NCBI GenBank assembly: GCA_951406725.2
Contig: OX597817.1
Location: 83,328,001 to 83,392,000 of the forward strand
Origin: Octopus vulgaris
Taxonomy: Eukaryota
Length of the DNA: 64,000 nt
Direction of reading: 5' to 3'
Shown here piece by piece: positions 27,379 through 40,928 of this stretch. Position 1 is the first letter of the stretch. Each line of letters opens with the position of its first letter. The translations under genes and the position numbers were made by a program. Under the pieces are notes generated by a model. That model searched no databases and was not told where the DNA came from. It saw only the letters and a list, made by a program, of their open reading frames with translations.

Positions 27379-27921
27379 ACTCTACAATTATGAATAATTG
27401 CGTCTCAATCATTAATAATTGTGTATTAAATTTGAAGGCACTAGAAGACATCACCTCAACTCATGGTATCAGAGTGCTATGGTTTTACTGGGATCTCCCT
27501 TCTAAGTAGAAAGAATAGCCAAAACTCTTTTGACTGCTATTTCTAAATTCGGTGTGTGGTGAGGCAAATCGTTGCTTAACCCTTAATTACTTAGTATTAC
27601 TTAAACCTTCCTTGAATGGGGCTTTTACATGCCGAAATCTACTTGGTGAAATTGATGATTATTCCAAATTAATTAATTTCACCCTATATTATTATTGATA
27701 ACTATATTTCATCCCAGTAAAAAACCTGTAGCATCTTATTTTGGCAGCACGCTGACGGAAGGGGGATGGTGACATACTTTCATTCACCCTTTGAATTTGA
27801 TGGTACTGGTAATGGCTTATGCTCGTTCTGATACCATGAGTTGAGGTGTTGTCTTCTAGTGCCTTCAAATTTAATACACAATTATTAATGATTGAGACGC
27901 AATTATTCATAATTGTAGAGT

Positions 27922-28012
27922 CCTACGCTGAGGAGGAAAATAGTTAGGTAAGACATACTTATTCAATTTTTATGCTTTCCTATGGCTTAATTCCGAAACG
28001 TACGTCCGTAGG
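27922..28012 (+). ncRNA. Type I hammerhead ribozyme (HHR2), canonical core
   Basis: CCUACG-CUGAGGA-GGAA(52-nt imperfect hairpin)UUCC-GAAA-CGUAC-GUC^-CGUAGG; palindromic stem III ACGUACGU. Confidence 0.88.
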
Positions 28013-28199
28013 TGACTTAATGTAGAATGATTATCGTCATTTCTTTCTCTTTTGCCTGCGTTGTTTGCCTTTTAAGTGCTATGGTTTTACTGGGATCTCC
28101 CTTTTAAGTAGAAAGAATAGCCAAAACTCTTTTGACTGGTATTTCTAAATTCGGTGTGTAGTGAGGCAAATCGTTGCTAAACCCTTAATTACTTAGTAT

Positions 28200-28266
<67 letters not shown>

Positions 28267-28330
28267 TTAGAGACAAAACCACTATTTTGCAAATCAAACA
28301 ATACATAAAAAATTTTAATATAAAGTAAAT

Positions 28331-28384
28331 AAATCGCCACTACAATTGTTTCCTGTCTTCAAATGACATTCAACAGGTGGATTT
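28331..28384 (-). ncRNA. Hammerhead-like motif (HHR3, inverted copy), variant core
   Basis: Mirror image of 28436-28489. Confidence 0.6.
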
Positions 28385-28435
28385 CATATCTTCTATTCAA
28401 TTTTAAAGTTACTTTAAAATTGAATAGAAGATATG

Positions 28436-28489
28436 AAATCCACCTGTTGAATGTCATTTGAAGACAGGAAACAATTGTAGTGGCGATTT
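28436..28489 (+). ncRNA. Hammerhead-like motif (HHR3), variant core CUGUUGA
   Basis: CCAC-CUGUUGA-aUGUC(auuugaa)GACAg-GAAA-CAAUU-GUA^-GUGG; palindromic stem III ACAAUUGU; A6U and an A-G mismatch at the base of stem II. Confidence 0.62.
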
Positions 28490-28656
28490 ATTTACTTTAT
28501 ATTAAAATTTTTTATGTATTGATTAAGTCTTTCCTTGTTTGATTTGCAAAATAGTGGTTTTGTCTCTAATAATATTATATAATATTTTACTATAAAATTG
28601 GATTCAATCCTAAATCTGATTTTTCCCTGTAAATTTGGATTTATTCCCTAATATTT

Positions 28657-28711
<55 letters not shown>

Positions 28712-29187
28712 ATGTATATATATATGTATAACGGCTCTGGCAGCAGGCACCACGCATAACTACATAGACACACACACACACACAAGCAAGAGTGAAATGT
28801 TACGATTTTGAGCGATGTTAAAGCTTTTGAACTTGAGAGTATTGAGCAAGCTGATGTGAAATTTAGTAAAAGCGCTACGGGAGTTTATCATTTCTGTTTT
28901 AAATGTTCTTGCACAGAAGTATGCATATCTCACGCTGATATGAAATCGCACTAGCGTTCAAGCAGACCTTGAACATTCATAATAAACAAGCGGAAAGTGG
29001 CGCCAATGCTAAAATGAAACATTGCTGCCGTACTTGAGATGATCTCAACAAACGCCTTTCAAAGCTCAGATGTCATTTTAGATCTCAAACTATGGAAGAG
29101 CAATTATAGATAAACGAAGATATCAATCTCTGTAAGGAGCAGGTAGACACCATACATACATATATTTACACGCAGGCACGTGCACAC

Positions 29188-29240
<53 letters not shown>

Positions 29241-29299
29241 TAATTATTTCTAGAAAAATAGAAATAAAACACATATTGAAATGAAATTTGGATAACATC

Positions 29300-31080
29300 A
29301 TTAATAATAGTTACATACGGAACTTGCAGCTTTTACAGTTCCATTTAGAGATTTTAGATCCGGAGCACGTTTCAACCAAATCTTTTTCTTTGCCTGAAAC
29401 TCCAAGCTTTTCCAGGCTGTCACTTCGAATTTTCCTAACACAACCAAGCGCACTAATAGTTAATATTATAATTTTGAATTTATAATCATGGTAGAACTTT
29501 AGGCATCGAATCATGTATAAAACTATTCTCCTTTGTGATTTTGGAAGGGTTGTTCATATCTGATGGATAGTTGATTTTTCTGATAATGCACATTTTTTCC
29601 CCTATCAGTCCCAAACAGCTAAATCAAGTTTGATAGGTACAGGTGTTCATGAGAATATTCCACCAATATTTATTGTGCTAATAAGAGAGGTGTTGTCTAT
29701 ATTTATCTTGGGCCCGACTTTCTAACGGATGGGTTGCTATATTATTTTAGCAACATCATATCGCAGTATGATATATTATCTAGATAATATTTGGAGCAGA
29801 TGCTAGAAAAATACTCTTCCCACTAGTAAAGAAAGACATTATCAACTTTTATTACTGGGTATTTAAGGGCTCTCTCTTTCTCTCTCTCTCTCTCTCTCTT
29901 AGTTATTAGTTATTTCGTAGTCATCACCTGCTCATGTACTGGAAAAACTTAACCTTCGAGATGTGATGTGATGCAATGGGAGATTACATTTCATGTTAAT
30001 ATCACCATCCTTTTAGGATAGCGAGCTGACAGAATCGTTAGCACGCCGGGCAAAATACTTCGCGGCATTTCAACTGTCCATACGTTCTGATTTCAAATTT
30101 CGCCGCAGTCGACTTCGCCTTTCATACTTTGGAGTTGATAAAATAAGTTACATGTGAACACTGGTGTCAATGTAATCGACTTTCTCTCTCCCCCGAAATT
30201 GCTGGCCTTGTGCCCAAATTTGAAATTAATATTACCATCCTTTTCTAGTTTACGGAAACATACTCACGCAAAAACTTTTAGTGGAGGTCCCTGTTGATAT
30301 ATCGGAGCTCTGCATTTCTGGGTTCAAATGGGAGGTCATCACAAAGTGTTTCTTGAAGAGCTCAAAACTGGCGTGCAGCATATTATTCACGTCATTTTTG
30401 GTTACTTGGATGATGTATTTATTTTAGCTGCTGTAGTTTCCTAGATGTTATCTGAGTGATACCATATAGCAATCACCTCTTTATTTTCTGGATTACCCTG
30501 TCAATATCAATGTTCTTTGGAGATTTGAAATTGATGTCTTATGGATTTTCTTGTCTATGTGGTGGATGTTCTCTTTTGACCAATGCAGTATCCCAAATAT
30601 TATTATCAGTCATGGTACTGGAAATACATTGAGAGATAATGTTTTAAAATACTAACTCCAATTTCTATGTACGTTTTGGTCTAGTACACACACACACACA
30701 CATGAATGAGTGATGAAAGAATACCCAAAGTCCTCATGCACAGCCAGCTTGATATAAGAACAAGCTGAAGAGTAACCTCTTAACAATGAAGATAGCTAAC
30801 AACACTTTTGAGCGAACAGCCTTGGAGTGAACAAAAGGGAGATGGTTGTAACAAAATTGTATTAGAAACTTTGTTGCAACCAGCATTAACAGGCTTTGGA
30901 ATGCAAGGCAAAGGACAAACGCAGCTGCAAATATACTACATGCACTGACCTGTAATCCTCATACGTGCAGGATCTGCGAGCTTATTTGCAAATCTTTGGC
31001 GGGACTTAAATGTCACATTCGACATAAGCATTATGACTGACAAACAATGAGAAGGTAGAAGGATCCTCATACGTCGAAAC
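29300..31080 (-). mobile_element. Decayed RLE-type LINE (R4/NeSL-like) 3' region, interrupted by a SINE
   Basis: Minus strand reads IKLDLAVWD..KKC (PD-like motif), YHDYKFKIIILTISALGCV..LEKLG, and a CCHC/RHD-like segment at about 29750-29815; right boundary uncertain. Confidence 0.55.
30015..30225 (+). mobile_element. SINE family B (Nin/Deu-domain-like) with 19-bp TSD
   Basis: Head gcgagctgacagaatcgttagcacg, central gcctttcat..gataaaataagt; TSD ttaatatcaccatcctttt (29996-30014) / ttaatattaccatcctttt (30226-30244). Confidence 0.85.
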
Positions 31081-31123
31081 TGACTGGAGAGTACATCGTC
31101 ATAAATACATATGTATGAGAATA

Positions 31124-31258
31124 AGCTTGCTTCCCAGCAACATGGTTTAGTCCCACTGCATGGCACCTTGGGCGAGTGTCTTCTACTATAGCCTCGGGCC
31201 TACTAAAGCCTTGTGAGTGGATTTGGTAGACGGAAATTAAAAAGAAACCCGTCGTATA
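31124..31258 (+). mobile_element. SINE family A, partial
   Basis: gtcccactgcatggcaccttgggcgagtgtcttctactatagcctcgggcc...gtagacgg matches the other copies. Confidence 0.85.
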
Positions 31259-33059
31259 CACGCACACACATGCACACACACATACACATATGTAAATATA
31301 TATGTATGTGCTAACATATTTGTGTGTATATGTGCATGCATCTATGAATATATGTCCATGTGTATCACTGTATATAGAAAGCTAATGGGAAAATACGTTG
31401 TGCATAATAATTTTTTACTGTTGTTTACACTGAGTTATTTATAAGAACTGAAATCTTTATTTATAATTTACAGTTATGAAAATCGTAGATTTGCTTAAAG
31501 TTTGCCTTATGAATATTACAATTTTAACATTTAAGTGTAAATATAAATTGGGCAGTTGAACAAAATATCACGTATGCGAAAGATAAAGTAGAAGAAAAAA
31601 ACACAATGCAGACAGAGAGAAAGCATTATTATAAAAGAAAAGGAGATAGAAAGAGAGGAAAGAGTTAGAGATGAGAGACAAGAGAAAACGTGCAATATAA
31701 AGATAAAAAATAATATATTAGAGATATGAAAGTGCAGGAGAAAAGTAGAAAAGAAAGGCGAAATGATGAAAGGGGTACATTTTGCTGCACGATACGTATC
31801 GAAATGTAACAAAATGCCTAAGCCTCAAGTTTACCATTCTTAATAACTGCATCAACAACAAACGCACGATGTGCAGTGTTCCAAACAATAACTGTAAATG
31901 TTTTACTATATCCTTCTTTTTGTTTTTATTTACCATCATGACTTGAATCGGCACACAACCTGCGTTTGCTGTTGAAACTTTTATGGAGTACGGTGAAACT
32001 GATACATTTTTGCTGCAGCCTGTACAATAAGTTTTATTGGAGAGGTGGGTATGAATGTAAAAAGGAAAAAAATGAAGCAAAGCAATGGAGAGGAGAAAAA
32101 TGAATAATAGGAAAAAGTAGAAAGAACTAGATGCGGAAATAATAGGCAGAGTTTTTATATATTTAGAAGGCAGAGTTTTTATATATTTAGAAGGGACAAT
32201 CACCGAAGAAAAAAGACGGCTTAACAACTGTAAGTTTAATTTACTACGTGTGTAAAACGCGCGAAAATTATGTGTATCGGTTTTCAAGACATTGAAGCGT
32301 AAAAATGAATTTTATATGACATTGAATTGTGGTATAATTTTAGATCTTCGGCGCAATTATCTACAGTTTACAATGCGTCCGTTGAGGGCCACTGAATTAA
32401 AGAAGAAAAAACTATTTGAAAGAACATTATGACTAAATTGTTAACGGACAAAGTGGCACTAAAACTTTTCTTCAACGCATAAGATGAAAATTATGTTCTC
32501 ATAGCTATGACATGTGTTGTTAGACATGAGAGCACAAAAACTCTTTTAAGACGCTACCTGGTAAAAAATCTACGATAAACTCATTTGATTTCCGGAAGTT
32601 ATATGATTTTTCAGTTGATGTTTGTGCAACTGTTTGAAAGTAGTTACATACGATGGAATTTAATTCCTACCTCGACAGACTGCCTCTGCTTCCGGCAGAG
32701 ATGCTGTGCAAAAAATAAAAAAACAGCAACTTTGGCACAGTCAAAAGCGATTGTATGTAAGAAAAGAACTTCGCCTGCTTTGAATGAGTTACTGTACACG
32801 CTGTATAGATACTATAAGTCTACCACAAAGTTCAACAGACTGAAAATATTTCCAGTTGAATTAGCTAGGGAATGAGATGCTGCTCTTAAAGGACGCAAAC
32901 AACGGGGAACATTCGATAAGATGCAACCTCAAAATCTCCTTGAAAGCAATAGCATGTGTAATAAATCTGGCTTTGATGCCATTCTGGTCCATTTTGATGA
33001 ATTGAAAACATTTGATAGAGTTACCCAGTCCTCAATACAGTAGGTTTCGGTCCCACTTT

Positions 33060-34110
33060 TACAATTCTAGATTATACGGTTCCGTTCATTCAGAAAATTG
33101 GTGATTGGCTAATAGAAAAAAATTCCGCGATGCATAGATCGCATTTGTTGTTGTAACCATTATACGGTTTGGCATGGGTGACTATAGGCCATTTTAAATT
33201 ATATAGAATTGAGTTTTGTTTTAGGTTATGAGTTAGCCAAGATAAAGAAGTGCTGTTTTTTCTTGCTTGAGATTTGAAGAATAGTGGTTACCAACTCTGA
33301 CATTGGAGATAGTGCTGCACGAGCTGATGTATACATAGTTGGAATTATCAGTTGATACTGTACATTTGTATATTATATTTTTGTGAGGCATCTATTATCT
33401 AAAGGGCAGGAGGTGGGATGCCTACAGATGCATAGTATTCTAGAAGGTGCTAGAGTAGATTTTACGGGGTTATGATTATCTAGGTAAACCTAGTGTTATT
33501 CATTAACCGCCGCGGCGTTAGAATTGGTATTTTTCAGGGTGGTGAGAGAATTGTCTAGCGGATGTAGCTTAAAATAGTTCTCGTAAATAACGGTATTATT
33601 TCAATCCTTGCCTATTTCAGTGATGAGTTTAGCGGGGTTGTAAAGTGGGGTAAGAGTATTGGGAGGAGTAATAAAAATAGGGTTGGTGGTGTGAGGTTCG
33701 GTATTGATAAGGAGGTTTAAGAACGTATTATGCAGATGTCAGACTGTACCGGAAATTTTAGTTGCGGTGGAGTAGGAAAATTTTATCGATTGCAGATTGA
33801 AGATTTTTCTAAGAGAAGTAGACTTAGGGAAATATTATTCAAATAGCGCAAAGAAGAGCTTGGGTACTCTGGTCTGAACATTAAGGACAAAGGTGGGGTG
33901 AAACCAGATAACGTCGTGCGTCATGGTCCGCTTATTCAGGTTTACGGGGTTACCAGGGTATAAGCTTGGGGTACAGAAATGCGTGCTGGATTTCGATGGA
34001 CAGCTGCAGATTTGGTATCCGAAATCACATGATGGGAGGAGTGCCTATTAGGTTTGCTCCTCCAGTAAAATTTTGGGGGATAGGAGGAAGTTGGGATAAG
34101 GGGGATAGTT
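33060..34110 (-). mobile_element. Penelope-like element, linker plus GIY-YIG endonuclease relic
   Basis: Minus strand: DVIWFHPTFVLNVQTRVPKLFF..YFPKSTSLRKIFNLQSIKFSYST, then IIYKCTV..YVYISSCST..RVGNHYSS..LKWPIVTHAKPYNGYNNKCDLCIAE. Confidence 0.85.
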
Positions 34111-34229
34111 CATGTTTTATTCCTTCGTTGTAGGGCGCCGTTGTAATATTCAGCGTATTGCTCGAATATTTCTTTACTGGCAGATAGGGATGAGATCCTA
34201 TAAGAGATCTCCAATATGTGTGTGTGTGT

Positions 34230-34281
<52 letters not shown>

Positions 34282-34394
34282 GCGAGCTTTAGGTCAGTTA
34301 AATATTGTTTGTGACTTATTTCAACGTATAAAGGCAAATTCAGTATCCATCCATCCATCAGGCAATCTGTCTATCTATCTATCTATCTATTTAT

Positions 34395-34456
<62 letters not shown>

Positions 34457-34963
34457 GTCACGTCATGTATACCTTTTTGGTCCCACTCGGTGGCACTCCA
34501 CACACAGGTGAACAGTTTTTCTCTTTTCTATTCATTTCTCTACCTTTCTCCTCTCCCCTCTTTTCATTTCTACTGTTTGGAAAACCTACCCTACCTATTT
34601 CCATCTGCTTCCGTTAGCTTCGCTTGGTAATATCTACGAAACTAAACATTTTAATGTACAAAAATATAATTCACATTATTACACATACTGTACATTACTC
34701 GTTTAATTCAAATCAGACATACACAAATATTTATCATACTGCTTTTAATTATTTTCAAAGTGTGATGAATTTTATAGTTGTTAAATGGAAATATATTCAC
34801 TTTTTCTGTCTGATAACGAATGATTTTGAACACGTAAGTTTAAATAATTAATCAAAAATAAATAAGACAAACTCTGCTTTTCAAATATAAATCTACTTGC
34901 ACTTTTTGACATTTTCCCCTTTAGTTTCATCTGTATACTACGTCAAATCTAAGAGAAGTAAAA

Positions 34964-35250
34964 GTGAGGAAAATTTTAAATTTTTTCAGTACTGCGTCAT
35001 GTGAAGAAAATGCAGGAACATCAGAGGTTGCAGAGGTGCAATCCATTAAAAATATTAACGATAAACCTCTTCCAACACGTCAGGATGGGCGATCGAAATT
35101 TTACATGTCACAAAAACAATTTGTGCTTGGAAAGACATTCAACTTTCTCAAAGGTGCAAATGAACGTACATGCGGCACAAACTGGTTCAAGGATGCCTCA
35201 TGATTTCATTAAGATATTCAAAATGATGCTGTTATCCACTGGTTTTGAAC
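34964..35250 (+). mobile_element. hAT 5' relic with TTF-type zinc-finger-like start
   Basis: FNFLKGANERTCGTNWFKDAS*FH*DIQNDAVIHWF resembles FPK..RSC..WF..F.WLHYD..DAVFC. Confidence 0.45.
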
Positions 35251-35540
35251 TGGTATTAAGATTGAAAATATCCACTTTGTTCATAAAACATTTTGGACCT
35301 AAGTAAATTTCGATCCCAGGGAACTGCACCTGCGTGTTATATCTAGTCCTTTGATTAATACCCTCAATGTTCTAAGTCCTTAAGTGTTTTTGTTAGGTAT
35401 TTTTCTGAACGTTTTTATCATATTATACTTATCATTATTATTATTATTATTTTATGTTTGACTTTTGCTTTACATTTGTACAAGTTCGCTCCAAGTCTCA
35501 CCCAAAGACCTCAAGATAGGTCTCTGGGTGAGACTTGCAC

Positions 35541-35595
<55 letters not shown>

Positions 35596-35604
35596 GATAC
35601 TAAA

Positions 35605-35815
35605 GCTGCGAGCTGGCAGGATGGTTTGCACACCAGGCAAAATGCTTAGCAGCATTTCGTTCGTCGTTACGTTCTAAGTTCAAATTCCGCCGATGTTGGC
35701 TCTACCGTTCATCCTTTCGGGGTCGATAAAATACGAACCAGTTGAATACTGAGGTTGATGTAATCGATTTACCCCAACCCCCTGAATTGCTGGCCTTGTA
35801 CCAGAATTTGAAACC
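35605..35815 (+). mobile_element. SINE family B
   Basis: gcgagctggcagg..aaatgcttagc..ttcatcctttcggggtcgataaa..ggccttgtacc. Confidence 0.85.
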
Positions 35816-36016
35816 ATGATTATTATTGATATTTTTGTTGTTTTCCCCACGGTTCGCTGCTTATTTTCACCAGTAGAAGAAATAGAGATGAAATCAGCGT
35901 AATGGAGATGGTGGCAGTCTTCAGGCTAAATAAATGCTGATGTTAGGTATGTTGGTAGTGGCTGTATTTTCCCGCCGTTCATAACAACAACAACAACAAC
36001 AACAATAATAATAATA

Positions 36017-36229
36017 ATCCTTTCTACTATAGGCACAAGGCCTGGAATTTGTGGGAAGGGGACAGTCGATTACATCGACCCTAGTACTTGACTGGTACTT
36101 ACTTTATAGACCCCTAAAGGATGAAAGGCAAAGTCAACTCGGTAGAATTTTAACTCAGAACATAACGGAAGACAAAATATCGTTAAACATTTCGCCTGGC
36201 GTGCTAACGATTCTACCAGCTCGCCGCTT
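36017..36229 (-). mobile_element. SINE family B
   Basis: Reverse complement of the family B consensus with a (TTA/TTG)n tail. Confidence 0.85.
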
Positions 36230-36295
36230 TCATAATAATAATAATTATGATCATCATCATCATCATCATCATTATAATTATCATTATCGTATTAT

Positions 36296-36723
36296 AGGCG
36301 TAGGAGTGGCTGTGTGGTAAGTAGCTTGCTTACGAACCACATGCTTCCCGGTTCAGTCCCACTGTGTGGCACATTGGGCAAGTGTCTTCTACTATAGCCT
36401 CGGCCCGGCCAAAGCCTTGTGAGTGGATTTGGCTGACGGAAACTGAAAAGAATCCCGTCGTATATATTTAAATATATATATATATGTATATGTATATGTA
36501 TATGTGTGTGTTTGTGTGTCCGTGTTTGTCCCCCTAGCATTGCTTGACAACCGATGCTGGTGTGTTTATGTCCCCGTTACTTAGCGGTTCGGCAAAAGAG
36601 ACCGATAGAATAAGTACTGGGCTTACAAAAGAATAAGCTCCGGGGTCGAGTTGCTCGATTAAAGGCAGTGCTCCAGCATGGCCACAGTCAAATGACTGAA
36701 ACAAATAAAAGAGTAAAAAAGTA
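36296..36723 (+). mobile_element. SINE family A, full length
   Basis: Highly similar to 39186-39636; internal (TA)n(TG)n. Confidence 0.92.
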
Positions 36724-36885
36724 ACCAACATCCGCTTCTTCATTATCAATATCATCATCACCATCGTCGTCGCCAACATCATCATCATCGTCAACATCAT
36801 CACCATCATCATCATAATTATCATTAGCATAACTATAATCAGCACCCTCATTGTCAGAATCATGATCGTCGTCGTCATCCCCATC

Positions 36886-36919
<34 letters not shown>

Positions 36920-37071
36920 ACAACTTCTCATTATAGTCACCGTCATCAACGCCCATGATGGTGGTGGTGGTTGCAGCGGCGGCAGCGGCGGCAGCAATCG
37001 CCCGTGTCACCAAAATCATCATCTTTTTTTGTCTCATCATCGTCGTCTCCGTCGATATTTTTCATGTTCAT

Positions 37072-37118
<47 letters not shown>

Positions 37119-37689
37119 TTCATTCACTCATTCATTCATTTATTTTATCTCCACTGCTGCTTCCATTGCTGCTGCTTCTGTTGCCGCCATTACTTTTGCT
37201 GCTGTTGCTGCTACTGACGTTCGCTGTGTGTCTTCGGCGCTTCCATTTCGCTTGCTTCTGCCAGAGAAGAACAGCACTACCGTTACGACAAATACACTTA
37301 TTTATATCACCAGTGAAGATTCTGAAAAGCTTGCGCAGGTTCTTATTTACTTTTACATATTATGTTTACTTTCACTTTTACAAAGCGATCAATTACCATA
37401 CGCTTTATTTGTCTATTTATTTTTATGCGAATTAATAATACCATGAGTAAGCTTAAACTTATTTTTATAATTAATACGCGTAATGAAGTATATAGAACAT
37501 GATTATTTTTACAAATGGTATAAATTATGTATTTTAAAAGTTTAATTTCTTTAACTTAATAATATTTATTCTTTTTGGGTTATGTTATTATTTTATATAT
37601 ATATATATGTATATCCATGCTTCGCTTGCAATGTTGAGATAAAACTTTATTTCAATTTCAAAATTAATATTACACTCACACACACACAT

Positions 37690-38660
<971 letters not shown>

Positions 38661-39185
38661 GTATGTATTTCAAAGGGTTTGAATAATATATTTACAGCTT
38701 AATTTTTAATTTACAATGTTTTTCACATATATTCATGTTTATCTTTGCTCTGATGCATGCTCGCCCATACATACGGACACACATATGCATAGATATACAC
38801 ACGGACACATACTCTGATCGACACACTGAAACTCGCACACACACGCCCATACACACACACACACACACACACGCACACGCGCACAAACACATACGCAAGA
38901 ACGCAGAAAACTTACTTAAATTTCAGTTCCGAGTATATTACGTTCAACCAAACAATTTCTTCGGGAGATGAAGTATAAAGTTTGTTTCTCATTCCATATT
39001 TAGTTATTCACTTATTTTATCTTGACAGGGTCTCCTAACTCTCCTCAATTATAAGTACCCTACCGATATTTCAAATGAAATTTATCATTAGATTTGGAAA
39101 ATTATTTTACAGTTAAAATATAAAAATATATGCTTGCGCTTGCGCTTGTGTTTGTGTTTGTATGGATCACAAAATATGTATATAT

Positions 39186-39351
39186 AGGCGCAGGAGTGGC
39201 TGTGTGGTAAGTAGCTTGCTAACCAACCACATGGTTCCGCGTTCAGTCCCACTGCGTGGCATCTTGGGCAAGTGTCTTCTACTATAGCCCCGGGCCGACC
39301 AATGCCTTGTGAGTGGATTTGGTAGACGGAAACTGAAAGAAGCCCGTCGTA

Positions 39352-39401
<50 letters not shown>

Positions 39402-39636
39402 TGTGTGTGTTGTGTGTCTGTGTTTATCCCCCTAGCATTGCTTGACAACCGATGCTGGTGTGTTTACGTCCCCGTTACTTAGCGGTTCGGCAAAAGAGAC
39501 CGATAGAATAAGTACTGGGCTTACAAAAAGAATAAGTCCCGGGGTCGAGTTGCTCGATTAAAGGCGGTGCTCCAGCATGGCCGCAGTCAAATGACTGAAA
39601 CAAGTAAAAGAGTAAAAGAGTAAAAGAGTAAAAGAG
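39186..39636 (+). mobile_element. SINE family A, full length
   Basis: tRNA-like head (B-box-like gttcagtccc), CORE-like cttgggcaagt, tail (gtaaaaga)n. Confidence 0.93.
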
Positions 39637-39885
39637 TATATGTATGACATACGGATCTGCGTTGTGCATAACGTTACATGTTTTAGAATTACAAAAGTTC
39701 ATAAAATTCTGAAGAGAAGTTATGAAAAATATGCAGATTTTTTTAATCATATACGAATGTACACGATTATCTTAATCAGATAGATATAACCTGAACATAT
39801 GTATGTAAGTAAGCATTTTACAAGCATACGGATGCCTGTAATTATGGATATAGTTGAGTGTATACTTAATACAAAGTTACATATT

Positions 39886-39955
<70 letters not shown>

Positions 39956-40856
39956 CATGTTTTTATGCAGGATCTATGTAGGTATGCTTATGTGTATTTT
40001 TCGATATATATATACATGTACTTAAATATATGCATATGTGTGTGCGTGCGTGCGTGCGTGTTGTGTAAATACGTACAGCTTCATTACTACTGCATTCCTA
40101 TGTATAAGTGTGAGTATTTACGATTTAAACTATGTGTGAATCAATGATTTTATATGCGATTATATTTGTTATAGCTTTCCATACGCGTGTACGCGTGTGT
40201 ACGTGCATGCGTGTTTGCATGTGCCTGTGTGATGCGTTTTGCGTGTGTGTTTCTGCGTGAATATCTATGCATACTCTTGTGGATGCGTACAGGGGTGTTT
40301 AACAACAAAGTTATCTTTTTATGGCCTGCGTTGAATAAAGTGTTGTGAGAACTACTGAACAGTCGATATCTGTTTTATTTAGATAAAATCGTAATTGAGA
40401 ACAGTGGTTGAGATAAGGCTGAGGAGGAATGGGGTGATGTTTGACGAATGAACAACTCCATAGGGAAGATTAAAGTTGTAATAGTACAGATCCAACGGCC
40501 AAACAGGATAACTGGAGACATGTAGTTTCGTATCACAGCGACCCTATATATGCATTAAACTTCAGATTTATACCGAATATTTCTCATCGTTTAAATCATC
40601 GTGTAAATACACGGGTTATACATGCTTACATTGTATACATTTATATGCTTCTGAGCGAACATATGTATGCGTGTGCTAGTGAGTGTGCGTGCGTGCGTGT
40701 ATAATAGGTGTGCGCCTATGGTGTGTGTGTGTGCGTGTATGTGTGTGAATAACCAGTCGAAACTTCGAAATTACTATCAACCGTAACCTTCTCAAAGTTA
40801 ATAAACATCTACTCTAATAAAAATGCAATGAGGAATCTTTCATTTTAACGTACAGA

Positions 40857-40892
<36 letters not shown>

Positions 40893-40928
40893 CGAGCGCG
40901 CACACAAACACACATATACTTTTATTAA

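Larger units (their letters stand above)
27002..28203. mobile_element. Non-coding HHR-bearing element: inverted partial copy plus 1.2 tandem copies of a ~602-nt unit
   Basis: 27473-~27600 repeats at 28075-28203; 27002-27472 is the reverse complement of segments B (27827-28074) and C (27473-27696); (TA)n on both flanks. Confidence 0.9.
28257..28670. mobile_element. Near-perfect palindromic non-coding element (inverted pLTR-like) between (TA)n
   Basis: Arms 28257-28409 and 28411-28579 around a 1-nt centre at 28410, with one ~16-nt indel; the right side continues to about 28670. Confidence 0.88.

Noticed and set aside
27002-28203. Repeat-spacer appearance suggesting a CRISPR array or LTR retrotransposon
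   Set aside because: Repeats are 130-470 bp with mixed orientation in eukaryotic context; no TG..CA ends, PBS or internal ORF
31718-32287. Longest ORF in the window (189 aa)
   Set aside because: Low-complexity AT-rich sequence with a small tandem duplication and a possible transposon end; no recognisable domain
36534-37446. Overlapping 150-170-aa ORFs with poly-Met/Ala/Ser
   Set aside because: Made of SINE sequence plus (CAT)n, (GCN)n and (TTTA)n; no convincing splice sites or domain
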